A stretch of 64,000 bases of DNA, from assembly GCA_009859145.1 (NCBI GenBank), contig VRVR01000036.1, forward strand, positions 224,972 through 288,971. The letters are read 5' to 3'. This DNA is from Andalucia godoyi And28. Lineage: Eukaryota > Protista > Jakobida. Both the position numbers and the translations under genes were made by a program. The notes under the pieces were generated by a model, which was not told the origin of the DNA, ran no database searches, and saw nothing but the letters and a program-made list of their open reading frames with translations. This document shows, one piece after another, positions 20,886 to 32,083 of this stretch; the first letter of the stretch is position 1, and every line of letters begins with the position of its first letter.

Positions 20886-23800
20886 ATGACTGGCGCTCGA
20901 GATGCAGCAAAGAGTCGTTTAAAGACGCTCCACGACTACTTTTCGAGGTTTCCAGTGTTTGCGGATCTTTTGGAGGACCATGTTCGTTCCAAGTTCATCA
21001 ACCAGTCGCTGTACCTGTCTGCATTCGTGGTCGTCTTGTCCTTTCTGTTCTATGCGGTTTTACAGGATCCTTCTGCATTCTACGGCAAACAAGAAGCTTC
21101 CAAGATCATTATCTATGGAAATCCATTTCAAAGCATTGCTACGCTTGGGAGACCGGTACGAACGATCAATCCAGACGAGACCATGATCGTGCGCGTAGTG
21201 AATACGCAAGGTTTGGGAGTCCCGCAGAAACGAGTTGCGATCAATGCAGTGATCCGCCACGGGTCGCTCAAGCATTCGTATGCTTACTTTCCAGGCTCTT
21301 ACGCGTTCGGGAGCCTGTGCAGTTGGACGTCTGCCGTCGATTACATTGACCGGCTTCGATTTGAGCGTGTTTGTCAGGCGCTAGTCGAGCCGGGGTTTTT
21401 GGTCACGGACGATGACGGGACGATCGAAATTGGAGCCTTTTCGGTCTCTTCTGCGTTTGAAGGATTGTTTGACATTTATTTTGCGGTCGATGGTGTTGCT
21501 TCGGATCCGTTTTCGGTGTCCTTCCATTCTCCGGTGCAGAGAATTGTGTTGCGGACGATCCCATATCAGGATGCGACTGAGCAAGACGCAGACGACGATT
21601 GGACCCAGCTCGCGTCTGCAATCAGCAACTTGCCCGCTTCCCTCCTTCTCGGATCCGCAGTTCCAGATGATCAGCTGCCATTCGTTTGTTTGCTGGATTC
21701 GTCTGCGAAGCCCATTCCGAAAACTCGAGTCGTTTTGTATTCGTATGCACCCAGTCCAGCACCGGGAATCAATCTTGTGGATTCAGTGCTGCTCGAAGAA
21801 CAACCATCGCAATTACAGATTGTGAGTTGGACGCCAGTGCCAGACGAAATGCTGTTTCTTCTTTCTCCTGGGAATTTGCAACGGCTTGCTGTGTTTGAGA
21901 ATGATTTCGGCATGACGGATGAAACGGGGTGTGTGAAACTCACAGGGTTGACGATGGTGTCAGCTGACCATGATCGAACCTTTTTGGGCGTCGTTGCTGG
22001 TGGATTATCCTCGTTACTGAACCCGGTTGCACCGATTTCGGTAGTTTCGCAGCTTTCCGGTGCAGATTGCCGCTTGGTGCCTCTGTGGAGCGGAGTTGTC
22101 TTGGCCACACAAGGTGTTCAAATTTTACCCGCACTGCGTGTGCGACTCGTGTGCAATGCGTCTCTCCAAGGAGTCTCCCTGCAAGGTGCAATGGTCTCTG
22201 CCCACATCCACGCAGTCGACCAATTCGAATTGTCGTTTGGCTTCAAACCATCTCTGCAATCTGCATTTGCCCTTCCCTCTGTTCAACTGGAGAATTCTGT
22301 GGCATACACAGATGAAGACGGAATCGCCTCCTTCTCGCAGTTGCTTGTGTCAGACGGTGGCGGTTTCAAGACCGCGCGGCTCGCGTTCTCGTGCGCATCC
22401 GCGCCGACTCTTTTCATTTCGGCTGATCAAGAAATCCATTTGATAAGTCGTGTCCGGCAAATTAACTTCGTTCCAGATGGCGGAAGCAAGTTTCCCGTTG
22501 AAGTCTCGTTGTACTCTGCGTTCCAGGTCCCCGGGTTGTTCAAAGTAACAGACAGTCAGGGATCAGCGGTGGAATCCCTGCCATTTCTCGTTCGATATGC
22601 GGCGCCAGCAGCTCCCGTTTCGGCGACAGATTCGATTGACGTTCTGGATTTGGATTACGTGGCCCTTGCTCAAGGATACAGAATCTCCGTCATGGTGCTT
22701 GCTGCAGAGTTGCACACCGTGTACAGCCTGGAAGTGTCAGTCGATGAAGGAGTGACGTGGTTCGGGTTTCCCGAGCTGCAGATTACGGTGATTGCCAACG
22801 CAGATGTGATGTCTTCGAACCCAGAGTATGTCCAGAGTTGCTCATCATCTGGCCGTGGCATCCCAGTGTATCCCCACATGGTTTCCGCAGGGTTGCGAAT
22901 GAATCGGACGATACATTATCCACTCGATCGTGACCCTCATTCTCACTTGCTTCTTGACGGCTGGTTCGATTCCTGCGGGTACTTGACCCACAATTTGTCG
23001 GCGTATCCAACACTCTACCGGTTTTTTGCGCGGGAATTTGGGATTCTCTTTTCCTCGCGCTCGCAAAAGACGAACGAGCTGGTGGTTTCCGCATTTCAGG
23101 AGTCATGGTTCGATAGTGGCCCGTCGTCCGATGTGACGGTCTTTGACAAAGAGCGGTCAGATGTGACCTTTGGAAGCGGAGTGCTGTTGGAATCCTTCGT
23201 TCCCGACCGACTGTTCCAAGCGCTGTTTCTCTCCAACATTGCAGTTCCGCAGTTTTCGTCGAAGACATCCGGTTTGGACGATCTGTTCGGCCGGTCCTTC
23301 CCTTCGTCCCCATCTCGCTGGTTCGCGATGAAAGCTGGAATCTTGGAAGTCTCCGCTGTCTCTGTTTTGAGTTCAAACGATGGATTTACCCAGAACGTGT
23401 CCATACGTGCCAACTTCGCAGATGGGTTCAACACAAGCGCAGTCCAAAAAGGGATACAGTGTTGGCTAGTCACAGTGTCCCGTCCACTGTACTATGATTT
23501 GCTCCTCTCTGTGTCTTCCGATGTTTTTAACAACCAGTGGAACGGTGCCGCGTCTCTGCTGGATGCTCCGGCAGTTACTCTGCATCAGACCATGGATGCA
23601 GGGTCTTCCATGTGTGCCTTCTCCTGGAGATGTCCCATTGGTTCTCCCGGCGTGTACTGGCTGTCTCCGCAAGTCGAGACGGTGCCTGGGGAACCCATTC
23701 AGGTGAATTGTCGGAATCGTGTTTCGTTCAATGTTTCCGGCGATGGACCCGCGGAAATTCAAATTGGAAAGGCGTTTTCATTTGAAATCGCCATCACCTC

Positions 23801-26800
23801 TGATGCTCAGTCACCTGTCGTGGCGAGCTTGTTTGTGAAAGTCTTCTCCTTGATGCACAATTCTTCGTATCCTTTGGCCACCGAGTCTCTTCCCATACGG
23901 CATCTCCTGCCCTGCGCCTTCCAGAGCAACGGACTAGCGGTTTGCACGGTGGCGGTGCTTCCTCGCGAAGATGTCTTGGAAACGGACGTGGTCTCCGTCC
24001 AAATCGTGTACGCCCCATTCACGGAATCTGCGATTGAGCAAGAAGCCTTCAGAACCGTTCTTGCGAACCTCTCTCCGTCCATGTATTCGATGTCGTTTTT
24101 TGGACAGGATCCTGCCGACTCCATCTCTCTTATACCAGGCTTGACAGTTGCACAGCCGTTTTCTGTATGCTTGTCGTCCGACGTTACGTTTTTGTCTTTC
24201 TGGTTTGCACCGCAGGTTACCCTGCACGCTGTGGATTCGAGCCGAGAGGAATTCTCGTCCAATCTTCGGTACACATTTGTCACACACGATAATGAGGATA
24301 TGAGATCCCCTCTTCTTGTGTATGGCAGCGGTGTTACTCGCCTATGTGCCAACTTTCGAGTCGTCATTACGGCGTCCTCGGACCAAAATCTGCGCATGTG
24401 CTCCCGCTACAGCAGTGTGAATTCCTCTTGTCTGAGCATTGTACTTTCGAGTTCTGTTCGGTTCGCCAGTCTTGGGGTTCAATCTGGGTGGTCCTATTCC
24501 GATCTTTACGGAATGCTGCCAGTCCAACTTTCGGTGCCGTCATTTGAGGTTGGCGATCGCATTCCTATTATTGTCAGGGCTTTGCAATTGGGCTCTTTTG
24601 TCAACGCCAGTTACGTTTCCAAAGATTTGGTGTTGAACTTCCCGAACCTCCCGGCTCCGGTGGCCAATGCCAAAATAGTCTTGTACCCTGTCTATTGCGG
24701 GGCGTCTCTCTTTTCCTCTGATTTGGTTCTTGCCGCGAAGCAATGTGCAAGCATCAATGTCGGAGATGTTGGAAGCATTGTTCGGAATGGGAATGTGGAG
24801 TTTCCGTCGAGCTCGAACATTAACTTCACGAGCGAGGTAACGCTGACGACTTACCCCTTTTCTGTGAACGATTTTTCCGAGTTTGGCACGGCGCAGTTCA
24901 CGTCGTTTGCGCTGACTGCAGGGATGCAAGGGTATTACTCGATCTTGAGCATTGTGGAGGGTTCTCTCGTGCGTTCTCTTCCGTACTTAATTTATTTGCA
25001 TAATGCTGTCCAGTCTGTCACAGTCGGGCCCTTCTCGGGATCCTATCCCAGCCGCATTACATCCGCAGGGCGCCAGACTTTGGATCCTCCTATCTATATT
25101 TTCCTTACGGGAGAAGCCGGAAATTCCTCCATGGCGGGATTCGCAGCCCGAATCCGTTTCTCGGTGACCTCCTGCCACGAATTTTCCAAGCTTTGTTTTG
25201 TTTCGCCTCCGACGCTGGTCACACCGCCTTCCGACGATGGTGGCATGATCGTCGTTTCTGATATTGACATCCCAGCTTCTTCCTACGGTGAATATGATGT
25301 TGTGGTGTCTGTGAATGGAGTTCAAGCGAGCACATTTTCAATGGTAATCCAGAATTCTGCAACTGTGGATTTGGGTTCTATCAGCGAGTTCAAATTATTC
25401 TCTCTGTTTCTCATGGTGCTGCTGATTCCGCAGTTCATGGCCAACGTTGATTCTTCGAAGCGCTGGCTGCTGGTCTGTGGCGTGGTTGTCTCTGCACTTA
25501 TCTTTGTGTTGCTCATCGTGTTTGCATTCAAAGACGTTTTCTATCCTTCTTCCCTGCCTCTCCATGCGGTCTATCTAGATTATGCTCTTCGATGGGTTGC
25601 CGTTCTGTTACTACTGGGAATCTTCCTTGGATTTTGCTTTCGGCTGTTGATGTCCTTCTCGGCGAAATCGTGCGATGCAACGGCAACGCAGACATCCCTT
25701 TGGTCTTCCAAGCTGCACGTTCAACAGCTGCTGCGGAATCGCAGTTCCTCTTTGGGACGTCAAGGGAACGAACAAGATTGGCTGTTGGGGAAGCCGTCTC
25801 CAGTGCACGTGAATGCGGGGCGTTCCCATCCTACCGTGCTTGTTTTGCAACTCCGCTTGTGGATGAATACCGCCAAATTTCGATTGTCTCGCTTGCGCAA
25901 GTTTGTTTTCCCGCAGCGCCTTTGGTTGTCATTTCTGCTGTCCTGTTTCTTTTTCGTTCTTTCCATGGCTTGCATGTATATTCTTTACCTCTGGGAAAAG
26001 TTCATCGTCGTGTCTGTGTTCAATTATTATATCGATCGCTTTTATGTGCTGACCGCTGGATCAGCACAAAACACGTTCGAAAACCTGTTCTTTCCGGGAT
26101 CCTATCCGACCTCGGGAACTCCCACGAACGACGCGTCGGGCTTTCCGTTCTTGCATGATTTCATCTTGATGCTTCTTGGACGCGCGCATGATGTTTCCGA
26201 GTTCTACCACCAAGTATTAGTCGGTCTGCGGACTGCGTTCTGGGTGGCCGCTTCCATGGCGTCACTTTTCTTTGTCTGCTGTTGGTTCTGCATCTTCATC
26301 CTTTTTGAATGTCGAGTGCAAAACATGCGGCGCGGCGTCTATTTCTTTCGAAGAGGCGTCTTTCAGACTGCGATTCTCCGAGCGCCTCAGTACGTTGGGT
26401 TCCACGTGAGCTCTTCTCTTGTGTCCGGGCTCTTGTGCTTTGGGACTGTTTGGCTGTTGATTTTCCTGCTTTGCTTTCCTGCTGTTCGCCACTGGGTCGT
26501 CGACTATCTAGTTCCGTTGATTGTCATTTACTTCCTGACAAACGTCCTTTTTTTGCTGTTCATCACGTTTGTTGCCTCCAAATTCCTTGTGTGCGGAAAC
26601 GACCTTCGACATCGCCGTATATTTGCTGGATATGATTTTGCGATGACAATGCTTGGAATCATCTTTGGAGTCTTTTCTGCAGTGCGCCAACTGATCCAGG
26701 GTCTCGCATTGATCATCTTTTACATGATGCGAATCGACTTGTGTCCTGCCGATGATTCGCGAGCCTCCGTGATGACACCGTATTCGTCGTATGTAGGAAT

Positions 26801-27104
26801 GACATACGCTTTTCATTATTTGCAGAACGCTGTTCTTGTTGTGTTTCTGGATGCTATTTCAAAATCTCAGAACTTCGCAGATGGATACACCCGAATGCCG
26901 TCTGAGAGTCCCCGACGACAACGCATTGTCGCAAAGTACTGGTTGCTCATCACCCTTTCTAATAATCCATCCCTCTGTGCGCTCAGAAAACACCAATTGT
27001 CCCAAGATGTCAAACACCTGTCCTCCACGCCTGCCCCATTGGGTTACTCCACGAACATCAACGATTCTCCGTTGTCCAACAGAAAAGCCGAGCTTGTAGT
27101 ATGA
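20886..27104 (+). CDS. Very large membrane protein (about 2,070 aa): N-terminal TM, long beta-rich Ig-like ectodomain, C-terminal STRA6-like multi-TM region
   Basis: C-terminal FVFPQRLWLSFLLS, RAPQYVGFHV, LRHRRIFAGYDF, YMMRID, AKYWLLITLSNNPSLCALRK resemble STRA6/RBPR2. Recurrent TD(D/E)xG motifs in the ectodomain. First ATG at 20886. Confidence 0.75.
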   Translation: MTGARDAAKSRLKTLHDYFSRFPVFADLLEDHVRSKFINQSLYLSAFVVVLSFLFYAVLQDPSAFYGKQEASKIIIYGNPFQSIATLGRPVRTINPDETMIVRVVNTQGLGVPQKRVAINAVIRHGSLKHSYAYFPGSYAFGSLCSWTSAVDYIDRLRFERVCQALVEPGFLVTDDDGTIEIGAFSVSSAFEGLFDIYFAVDGVASDPFSVSFHSPVQRIVLRTIPYQDATEQDADDDWTQLASAISNLPASLLLGSAVPDDQLPFVCLLDSSAKPIPKTRVVLYSYAPSPAPGINLVDSVLLEEQPSQLQIVSWTPVPDEMLFLLSPGNLQRLAVFENDFGMTDETGCVKLTGLTMVSADHDRTFLGVVAGGLSSLLNPVAPISVVSQLSGADCRLVPLWSGVVLATQGVQILPALRVRLVCNASLQGVSLQGAMVSAHIHAVDQFELSFGFKPSLQSAFALPSVQLENSVAYTDEDGIASFSQLLVSDGGGFKTARLAFSCASAPTLFISADQEIHLISRVRQINFVPDGGSKFPVEVSLYSAFQVPGLFKVTDSQGSAVESLPFLVRYAAPAAPVSATDSIDVLDLDYVALAQGYRISVMVLAAELHTVYSLEVSVDEGVTWFGFPELQITVIANADVMSSNPEYVQSCSSSGRGIPVYPHMVSAGLRMNRTIHYPLDRDPHSHLLLDGWFDSCGYLTHNLSAYPTLYRFFAREFGILFSSRSQKTNELVVSAFQESWFDSGPSSDVTVFDKERSDVTFGSGVLLESFVPDRLFQALFLSNIAVPQFSSKTSGLDDLFGRSFPSSPSRWFAMKAGILEVSAVSVLSSNDGFTQNVSIRANFADGFNTSAVQKGIQCWLVTVSRPLYYDLLLSVSSDVFNNQWNGAASLLDAPAVTLHQTMDAGSSMCAFSWRCPIGSPGVYWLSPQVETVPGEPIQVNCRNRVSFNVSGDGPAEIQIGKAFSFEIAITSDAQSPVVASLFVKVFSLMHNSSYPLATESLPIRHLLPCAFQSNGLAVCTVAVLPREDVLETDVVSVQIVYAPFTESAIEQEAFRTVLANLSPSMYSMSFFGQDPADSISLIPGLTVAQPFSVCLSSDVTFLSFWFAPQVTLHAVDSSREEFSSNLRYTFVTHDNEDMRSPLLVYGSGVTRLCANFRVVITASSDQNLRMCSRYSSVNSSCLSIVLSSSVRFASLGVQSGWSYSDLYGMLPVQLSVPSFEVGDRIPIIVRALQLGSFVNASYVSKDLVLNFPNLPAPVANAKIVLYPVYCGASLFSSDLVLAAKQCASINVGDVGSIVRNGNVEFPSSSNINFTSEVTLTTYPFSVNDFSEFGTAQFTSFALTAGMQGYYSILSIVEGSLVRSLPYLIYLHNAVQSVTVGPFSGSYPSRITSAGRQTLDPPIYIFLTGEAGNSSMAGFAARIRFSVTSCHEFSKLCFVSPPTLVTPPSDDGGMIVVSDIDIPASSYGEYDVVVSVNGVQASTFSMVIQNSATVDLGSISEFKLFSLFLMVLLIPQFMANVDSSKRWLLVCGVVVSALIFVLLIVFAFKDVFYPSSLPLHAVYLDYALRWVAVLLLLGIFLGFCFRLLMSFSAKSCDATATQTSLWSSKLHVQQLLRNRSSSLGRQGNEQDWLLGKPSPVHVNAGRSHPTVLVLQLRLWMNTAKFRLSRLRKFVFPQRLWLSFLLSCFFFVLSMACMYILYLWEKFIVVSVFNYYIDRFYVLTAGSAQNTFENLFFPGSYPTSGTPTNDASGFPFLHDFILMLLGRAHDVSEFYHQVLVGLRTAFWVAASMASLFFVCCWFCIFILFECRVQNMRRGVYFFRRGVFQTAILRAPQYVGFHVSSSLVSGLLCFGTVWLLIFLLCFPAVRHWVVDYLVPLIVIYFLTNVLFLLFITFVASKFLVCGNDLRHRRIFAGYDFAMTMLGIIFGVFSAVRQLIQGLALIIFYMMRIDLCPADDSRASVMTPYSSYVGMTYAFHYLQNAVLVVFLDAISKSQNFADGYTRMPSESPRRQRIVAKYWLLITLSNNPSLCALRKHQLSQDVKHLSSTPAPLGYSTNINDSPLSNRKAELVV

Positions 27105-27716
27105 TGGATGGGCGGCAACATCCCCTCTGAGCTTTTGTCTTTCATTTTCCGTTTTCCGCTCGCCAGAACGTGGATCATTATTGATCATCATCGGCTAAGC
27201 TGTCACCGAAGACAGATCCAAAGCCACGTGTTTTTATTAATTGGGCCGAACACCAACTCTTCAATGCAGACTGATCTGCATCAAAGGGTCGTCGCAACCA
27301 CGAGTTTCTTGGTTCTCGGCATCTGCGGGCATGGCTGGTCTGAGGTTGTCGGAAAGATCCCTCTCTGGAGCCGTGAGATGTTTTGTCCTTGTCCTTTTGA
27401 TGAATGGTGCTGCTGGAGGGTTCGATTATAAAACACAAACGAAACAGAAAGAATAGCAGAAAGAAAAAGTGAAGAAATGAAAGAAAAATCTAGACTTGAC
27501 TACGGTGAGAAAGTCATACTGAATTTGTTTCATCCGCAAAAGCTGCCCCAACCGTTCGTTTGCGTTAATGTATTGTTGTTGATTTATTTAGTCTTTTTAA
27601 AAATCGTAATTTACCATTATTTTCTCGTGAACAAGGTAGCTTTCCTTTTGTTTTTGGGGAGAAACCAACAACAAAAACAACAACAACAACAACATTCTGA
27701 TATCGAAACGAAAGAA

Positions 27717-29477
27717 ATGTCGGATCCTATTCCGTTGACTCCGCTACAGTCTAAAGCGCGATCGATGCTGTTCGCCGACGATGATAATTCCCCGTTCAAG
27801 GATTCGCCAGCGGGTGTTAGTCCTCCTCGTCCTGATCCGCAGTTCAACCGTAGGACGGTGTACACTGCTTCAGCACCGCTCTTTTCGGATGCCTCACGAC
27901 CGATTGCCGATGCTGCTGTTTCGCACCACCCTTCGACGACGGCGAGCGCAATGAGTCGAAATCCGTTTGAGACAGAGTCGGAAGAAGATCTGACATCTGC
28001 CAGTTTGCTGAAGCGATCGCGCAGAAAAAGCGATGCTCTGGATTCCAAGTCTGCGGCAATTAAGAATGAGCCTGAACTGCAGGACCAAAAGGCAGGTTCA
28101 GTCTTTTCTGCCGAATCTGACGATGCAGCTAGCAACCACATCAGCAACATCAGCAACAGCAGCAACAGCAGCAACAGCAGCAACAACAACAGCAACAACA
28201 GCAACAACAGTAACAACACCGCTAACAACCATAGCAACGCAAATAACAACAATAAGCATGACGATTCGGCATCCGAGGACAGCGATCAGATGCGGCAGGA
28301 GGATGCGGTCGCTTCTCCTGTTGTCATCAAGGTGCTGACAGAGTTGGAAATGACCGAGGAGGAGGCTGCGAGGCTGCGAAGAGCTGCTGCAGAGGGAAAG
28401 ATGCGCAAAGAAGAGCGCCAATCTGCGTGGATGCTGTTTTTAGGCCTCTGGCACAAGCCCGTTGATGCCATGGATGCAAAATACAAGCAACTTACCGATA
28501 TGTATCTTGTGAATCCGGAGGCGACAGAAGAAGACCATCCGCTGGCGCAATCGGACAACTCAAAATGGGCAAAGTGGTTCGACATTGAGGAGCGCCGAAA
28601 GGAAATCTTCAAGGATTTGCTGCGCTTGCATCCAGGCAATCCGTATTTTGAAGACAGGCAGCTGCAAAATGTCATGTGTGACATGTTGCTATTTTGGAGC
28701 TTGGAGCACAAGAATGTCGGGTATCGACAAGGAATGCACGAGATTCTTTCGTACATCTTCATGACGACGCTGGAGCCGACGCAGAATCGCGGTCTTGTTT
28801 ATGCCATGTTTGAATCGGTAATGGCTAAGCTGGCGTATTATTACAAGGAAATTCCGAGCATTGAGAATCTGGTTCGTCAGACGGACCCTGCGCTCTACAC
28901 ACACCTCTTCACGCAGCTTCGGGTTGAGCCGCAGTTTTATCTGATTCGGTGGTTGCGCTTGCTGTGGGGTCGCGAGTACCCTGTTGACGACGTGTTATGC
29001 TTGTGGGACTTTGTGCTGAACGATCCATCGCTGATCGAGCACGTGTGCGTGGCAATGCTGGTGTTTGTGCGATCCGAGTTACTTGATGCAGATTCGTCCA
29101 CGGCGATGAAGTTTTTGATGAAATTCCCCTCGTTGCGCACCATTGATGGGGGAATCCACAACATTATGGAGATGGCCGCGCTGTCGTCAGAAGGCCGGAG
29201 GATCGCCAGCTATCGGGCGGAGAAGGAAGACAAGAAGAAGCATGCCGTGGAAGAACGGATGGTTGCCGAACAGCACACTGCAGTGAAGCTTCAGAGTCTG
29301 GATGCAACTGTGCGTGCCCGTGCGTTGCTTGAGATCGAAGGGAGGAAGCTGGAGGGAATCATCGACCGTTTGCAAAAATCCATCGACATTCGCACAGTGT
29401 CCGAGAGCGTCTTGTTTTGTCTCGCAGAGCTCAAGCAAATGCGCGATACCTTGCTGTACAACATTTCTGATCCTTGA
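27717..29477 (+). CDS. TBC-domain Rab GTPase-activating protein, TBC1D5-like
   Basis: EDHPLAQSDNSKWAKWF, IFKDLLRLHP (Arg finger), GYRQGMHEIL (Gln finger), EPQFYLIRWLRLLWGREY. ATG (MSDPIP) at 27717. Confidence 0.9.
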   Translation: MSDPIPLTPLQSKARSMLFADDDNSPFKDSPAGVSPPRPDPQFNRRTVYTASAPLFSDASRPIADAAVSHHPSTTASAMSRNPFETESEEDLTSASLLKRSRRKSDALDSKSAAIKNEPELQDQKAGSVFSAESDDAASNHISNISNSSNSSNSSNNNSNNSNNSNNTANNHSNANNNNKHDDSASEDSDQMRQEDAVASPVVIKVLTELEMTEEEAARLRRAAAEGKMRKEERQSAWMLFLGLWHKPVDAMDAKYKQLTDMYLVNPEATEEDHPLAQSDNSKWAKWFDIEERRKEIFKDLLRLHPGNPYFEDRQLQNVMCDMLLFWSLEHKNVGYRQGMHEILSYIFMTTLEPTQNRGLVYAMFESVMAKLAYYYKEIPSIENLVRQTDPALYTHLFTQLRVEPQFYLIRWLRLLWGREYPVDDVLCLWDFVLNDPSLIEHVCVAMLVFVRSELLDADSSTAMKFLMKFPSLRTIDGGIHNIMEMAALSSEGRRIASYRAEKEDKKKHAVEERMVAEQHTAVKLQSLDATVRARALLEIEGRKLEGIIDRLQKSIDIRTVSESVLFCLAELKQMRDTLLYNISDP

Positions 29478-29902
29478 AGGGTGCACACCGGCCGCTTCTT
29501 TTGCTGCAGAAATTGTTCATTATCAATCCTTCTAGGCTGGTTTTTTGGTGCGGTTGATCTAAACAATTTCGGAAAACATGAAGAAAAATATGAGGAAAAG
29601 AATGCCAACTTTCGTTCCACCTTTGAAAACCGCACTATTATTTTCTTTTTTCTTTTCCGTTCTGTGTGTTTATCGTAATTTCCTTTATTCCTCTCCCACC
29701 TTGGGCAAGGCAAGACAAAGAGAAAAGAAGAAAATAAGAGTTTTAATTAATTAAAAAAATTAAAAAATTAAAATAAAAAAAAAGCAGAGAAGCAATACTT
29801 TGATTAACACATAAAGAAAAACCGACAGGCTCCAACAACAGCAGGAGAATTACCACCACGCCCTTAAGAGCCACCGGCTTGTACTTGCTGGTGTTAGACA
29901 GC

Positions 29903-30730
29903 TCATGATGTTTCCATCGGGACTACCTCGACGGTCTCGTCAGCAACGTACACGATGGTCTTGGTCGACTCGGACAAGATCTTGGTAGTTCCTCGTGGAT
30001 AATCGTACCCCCTTTGCGACCTGTAAATTCGCTCGTTTGGTCTGTCATAGTTTCTTAGATATTCTGCCTTTCCATCGAGAGTGATGATGCACAAGTCGAC
30101 ATTTGACCCCGATCCGAGATCGTTGAAGATACCTGCTGAAATTGCTCGATGCACGATCGCCATAGCTTCTTCTCTCGTGAGGTTATCCTTGTAGCCCGAT
30201 TCCAGCACGGCCATTGCAGCCAGCGAGCCGGAGCCCATCGAAACAAACGGCAGTTTATCCACGGATCCATGCGGATGGACCGAGTACAAATGCGCGCCCT
30301 CGACATCACATCCGCCAATCACAAGCGCACAGCCAATGTGTCCCTGATACTGGAACAGTCTTCTCTTGAACATAGTCACCGCCGTCGAAACACGTGGCTT
30401 TGCCCCGTTATTTGCGTACGAATGAAGCTTGAGCTGCGAGCTCATCAGCGAAGTCATCGAGTCGCAATCCGCAGACGTTCCCGCCCCGCAGCAGCGCATA
30501 TTCTCAGCCAAATAATGAATCTTTTCACAGTTCTTGTCTGCAACCACGGATCCTTCCGTCGCACGAGTGTCTGCACCAAGAACTACACCGCCATTAAACA
30601 CAACACCGCAAATCGTCGTTCCTGTCTTGCGCAGATTCGGCAAAGGAAACCCCGCAGACGCAAGATGGGCATTGCGAATCGTATTCTCAAATGAAAATCC
30701 CGGAGTATCAGAAACCCGAACGTCAGCCAT
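29903..30730 (-). CDS. PSMB7: 20S proteasome subunit beta-2 (trypsin-like, PSMB7/Pup1)
   Basis: Propeptide then KTG|TTICGVVFNGGVVLGADTRATEG, DKNCEKIHY, SMGSGSLAAM, GIFNDLGSGSNVD. Confidence 0.98.
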   Translation of the reverse strand: MADVRVSDTPGFSFENTIRNAHLASAGFPLPNLRKTGTTICGVVFNGGVVLGADTRATEGSVVADKNCEKIHYLAENMRCCGAGTSADCDSMTSLMSSQLKLHSYANNGAKPRVSTAVTMFKRRLFQYQGHIGCALVIGGCDVEGAHLYSVHPHGSVDKLPFVSMGSGSLAAMAVLESGYKDNLTREEAMAIVHRAISAGIFNDLGSGSNVDLCIITLDGKAEYLRNYDRPNERIYRSQRGYDYPRGTTKILSESTKTIVYVADETVEVVPMETS

Positions 30731-31300
30731 CCTGCAGTACCTCGTCTCCCTTAGCCCTCAATTTAACCAGAAATCGAAAAAAGTAAAAGTAAAGATAAAA
30801 GCAAAGGCAAACGTAAACGTAAACGTAAACTCAAAAATCGAAATCGAGAAAGATGAATTAGGGGAATTGGAAAAGAGAAAGGATACCCTAAAGTCATGTG
30901 TGAGAGAACGAAACAATGGAGACACAAGGTCTCTCGGTTCAAGTCAAGCTTTTCGGGGTTTTGTCGACACGTTTCGACCCATCGCGACCATGTCAGCACT
31001 GGAGGTCGAGTTTCCTCGTCTTTCTTTCCTTTCCATTTGCGGGTTTTCTAGTTTTACACATATTTTGAATATATGAATATATGAATATATATATATGTGA
31101 ATATATATATTTTAAAAATTATTTAAAAACAATAATCATAATTCTCAAAGTTATTTATCTAAACTCTTTAATAGAGGAAAAAAGCGCGGTCATTTGTGTA
31201 GTTTTTTTTTAAATTTCTTTTTAATACGACGGAGCATCTCAGAGGATCGGAGAGTGTCCACGATTAAGAGAGAGAGAGAGAGAGGGTTGAAGAGCAGAGA

Positions 31301-31939
31301 ATGAGCAGCAACGGTCTTAGTAGCGTGGAAGAGATTGTGGAGCAAGTTGTGGCGTCGTCGTCGGCTGCTGCAGAGGATGTGTTTCATGATGCTGTTGAGC
31401 AGTGCGATCCTGAAGGGTCACGGGCGTTGAAGGAACAAGGCAACGAAGCGCACCGGTGTGGTGATTATGAGAGTGCGGTTCGGCTGTACACGGATGCGCT
31501 GAAGCTGGATGTGAATGCGGTACTGTACAGCAACCGATCTGCGTCGTATCTGAAGCTAGAGAAGTGGCAGGAGGCGGTTTCTGATGCAGGGTCAGCCATT
31601 GCGCTTGATGCCCACAATGTGAAGGCGTACTTCCGGAGAGCAGAGGCGCTTGGTCAGCTCGAGGACTACCAAAAGGCGCTTGCAGACCTCGACAAGTGCG
31701 AGGAGCTCGGCATGATTAGTAGGGACATCGATTCCAGGAGAGCACAGTGGAGGAAAAAACAAGAGGAGAAGCAAAAGGAAATGATGGATCAGCTTAAGCA
31801 GCTTGGAAATTCACTGCTCGGAAAGTTCGGTCTCTCTACCAATAATTTCCAGTTTGAGAAGAATCCGGGAAGCGAGGGCTATTCCGTCAAGTTTGTGAAC
31901 CAGGGCACTGCTGCAGCCGGCTCAGCACCCTCGCGATGA
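31301..31939 (+). CDS. TPR-repeat protein, TTC1-like
   Basis: Three TPRs (LKEQGNEAH, LYSNRSASYLKL, KAYFRRAEAL) and the TTC1 tail EMMDQLKQLGNSLLGKFGLSTNNFQF...GYSVKF. Confidence 0.88.
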   Translation: MSSNGLSSVEEIVEQVVASSSAAAEDVFHDAVEQCDPEGSRALKEQGNEAHRCGDYESAVRLYTDALKLDVNAVLYSNRSASYLKLEKWQEAVSDAGSAIALDAHNVKAYFRRAEALGQLEDYQKALADLDKCEELGMISRDIDSRRAQWRKKQEEKQKEMMDQLKQLGNSLLGKFGLSTNNFQFEKNPGSEGYSVKFVNQGTAAAGSAPSR

Positions 31940-32083
31940 CCCTTGTGCAGTGGAGTGCGGCACAGGCCGTCAGTGCGGAAAAGGGAGGGTGCGGGTCGTG
32001 GGAAGGAAAGCTGCAGCCATCCACAGGAAATGCATGCAGAACAGTGGACTCGGAATCCCCCCTCCTTCCCCATCCGTGATGAC

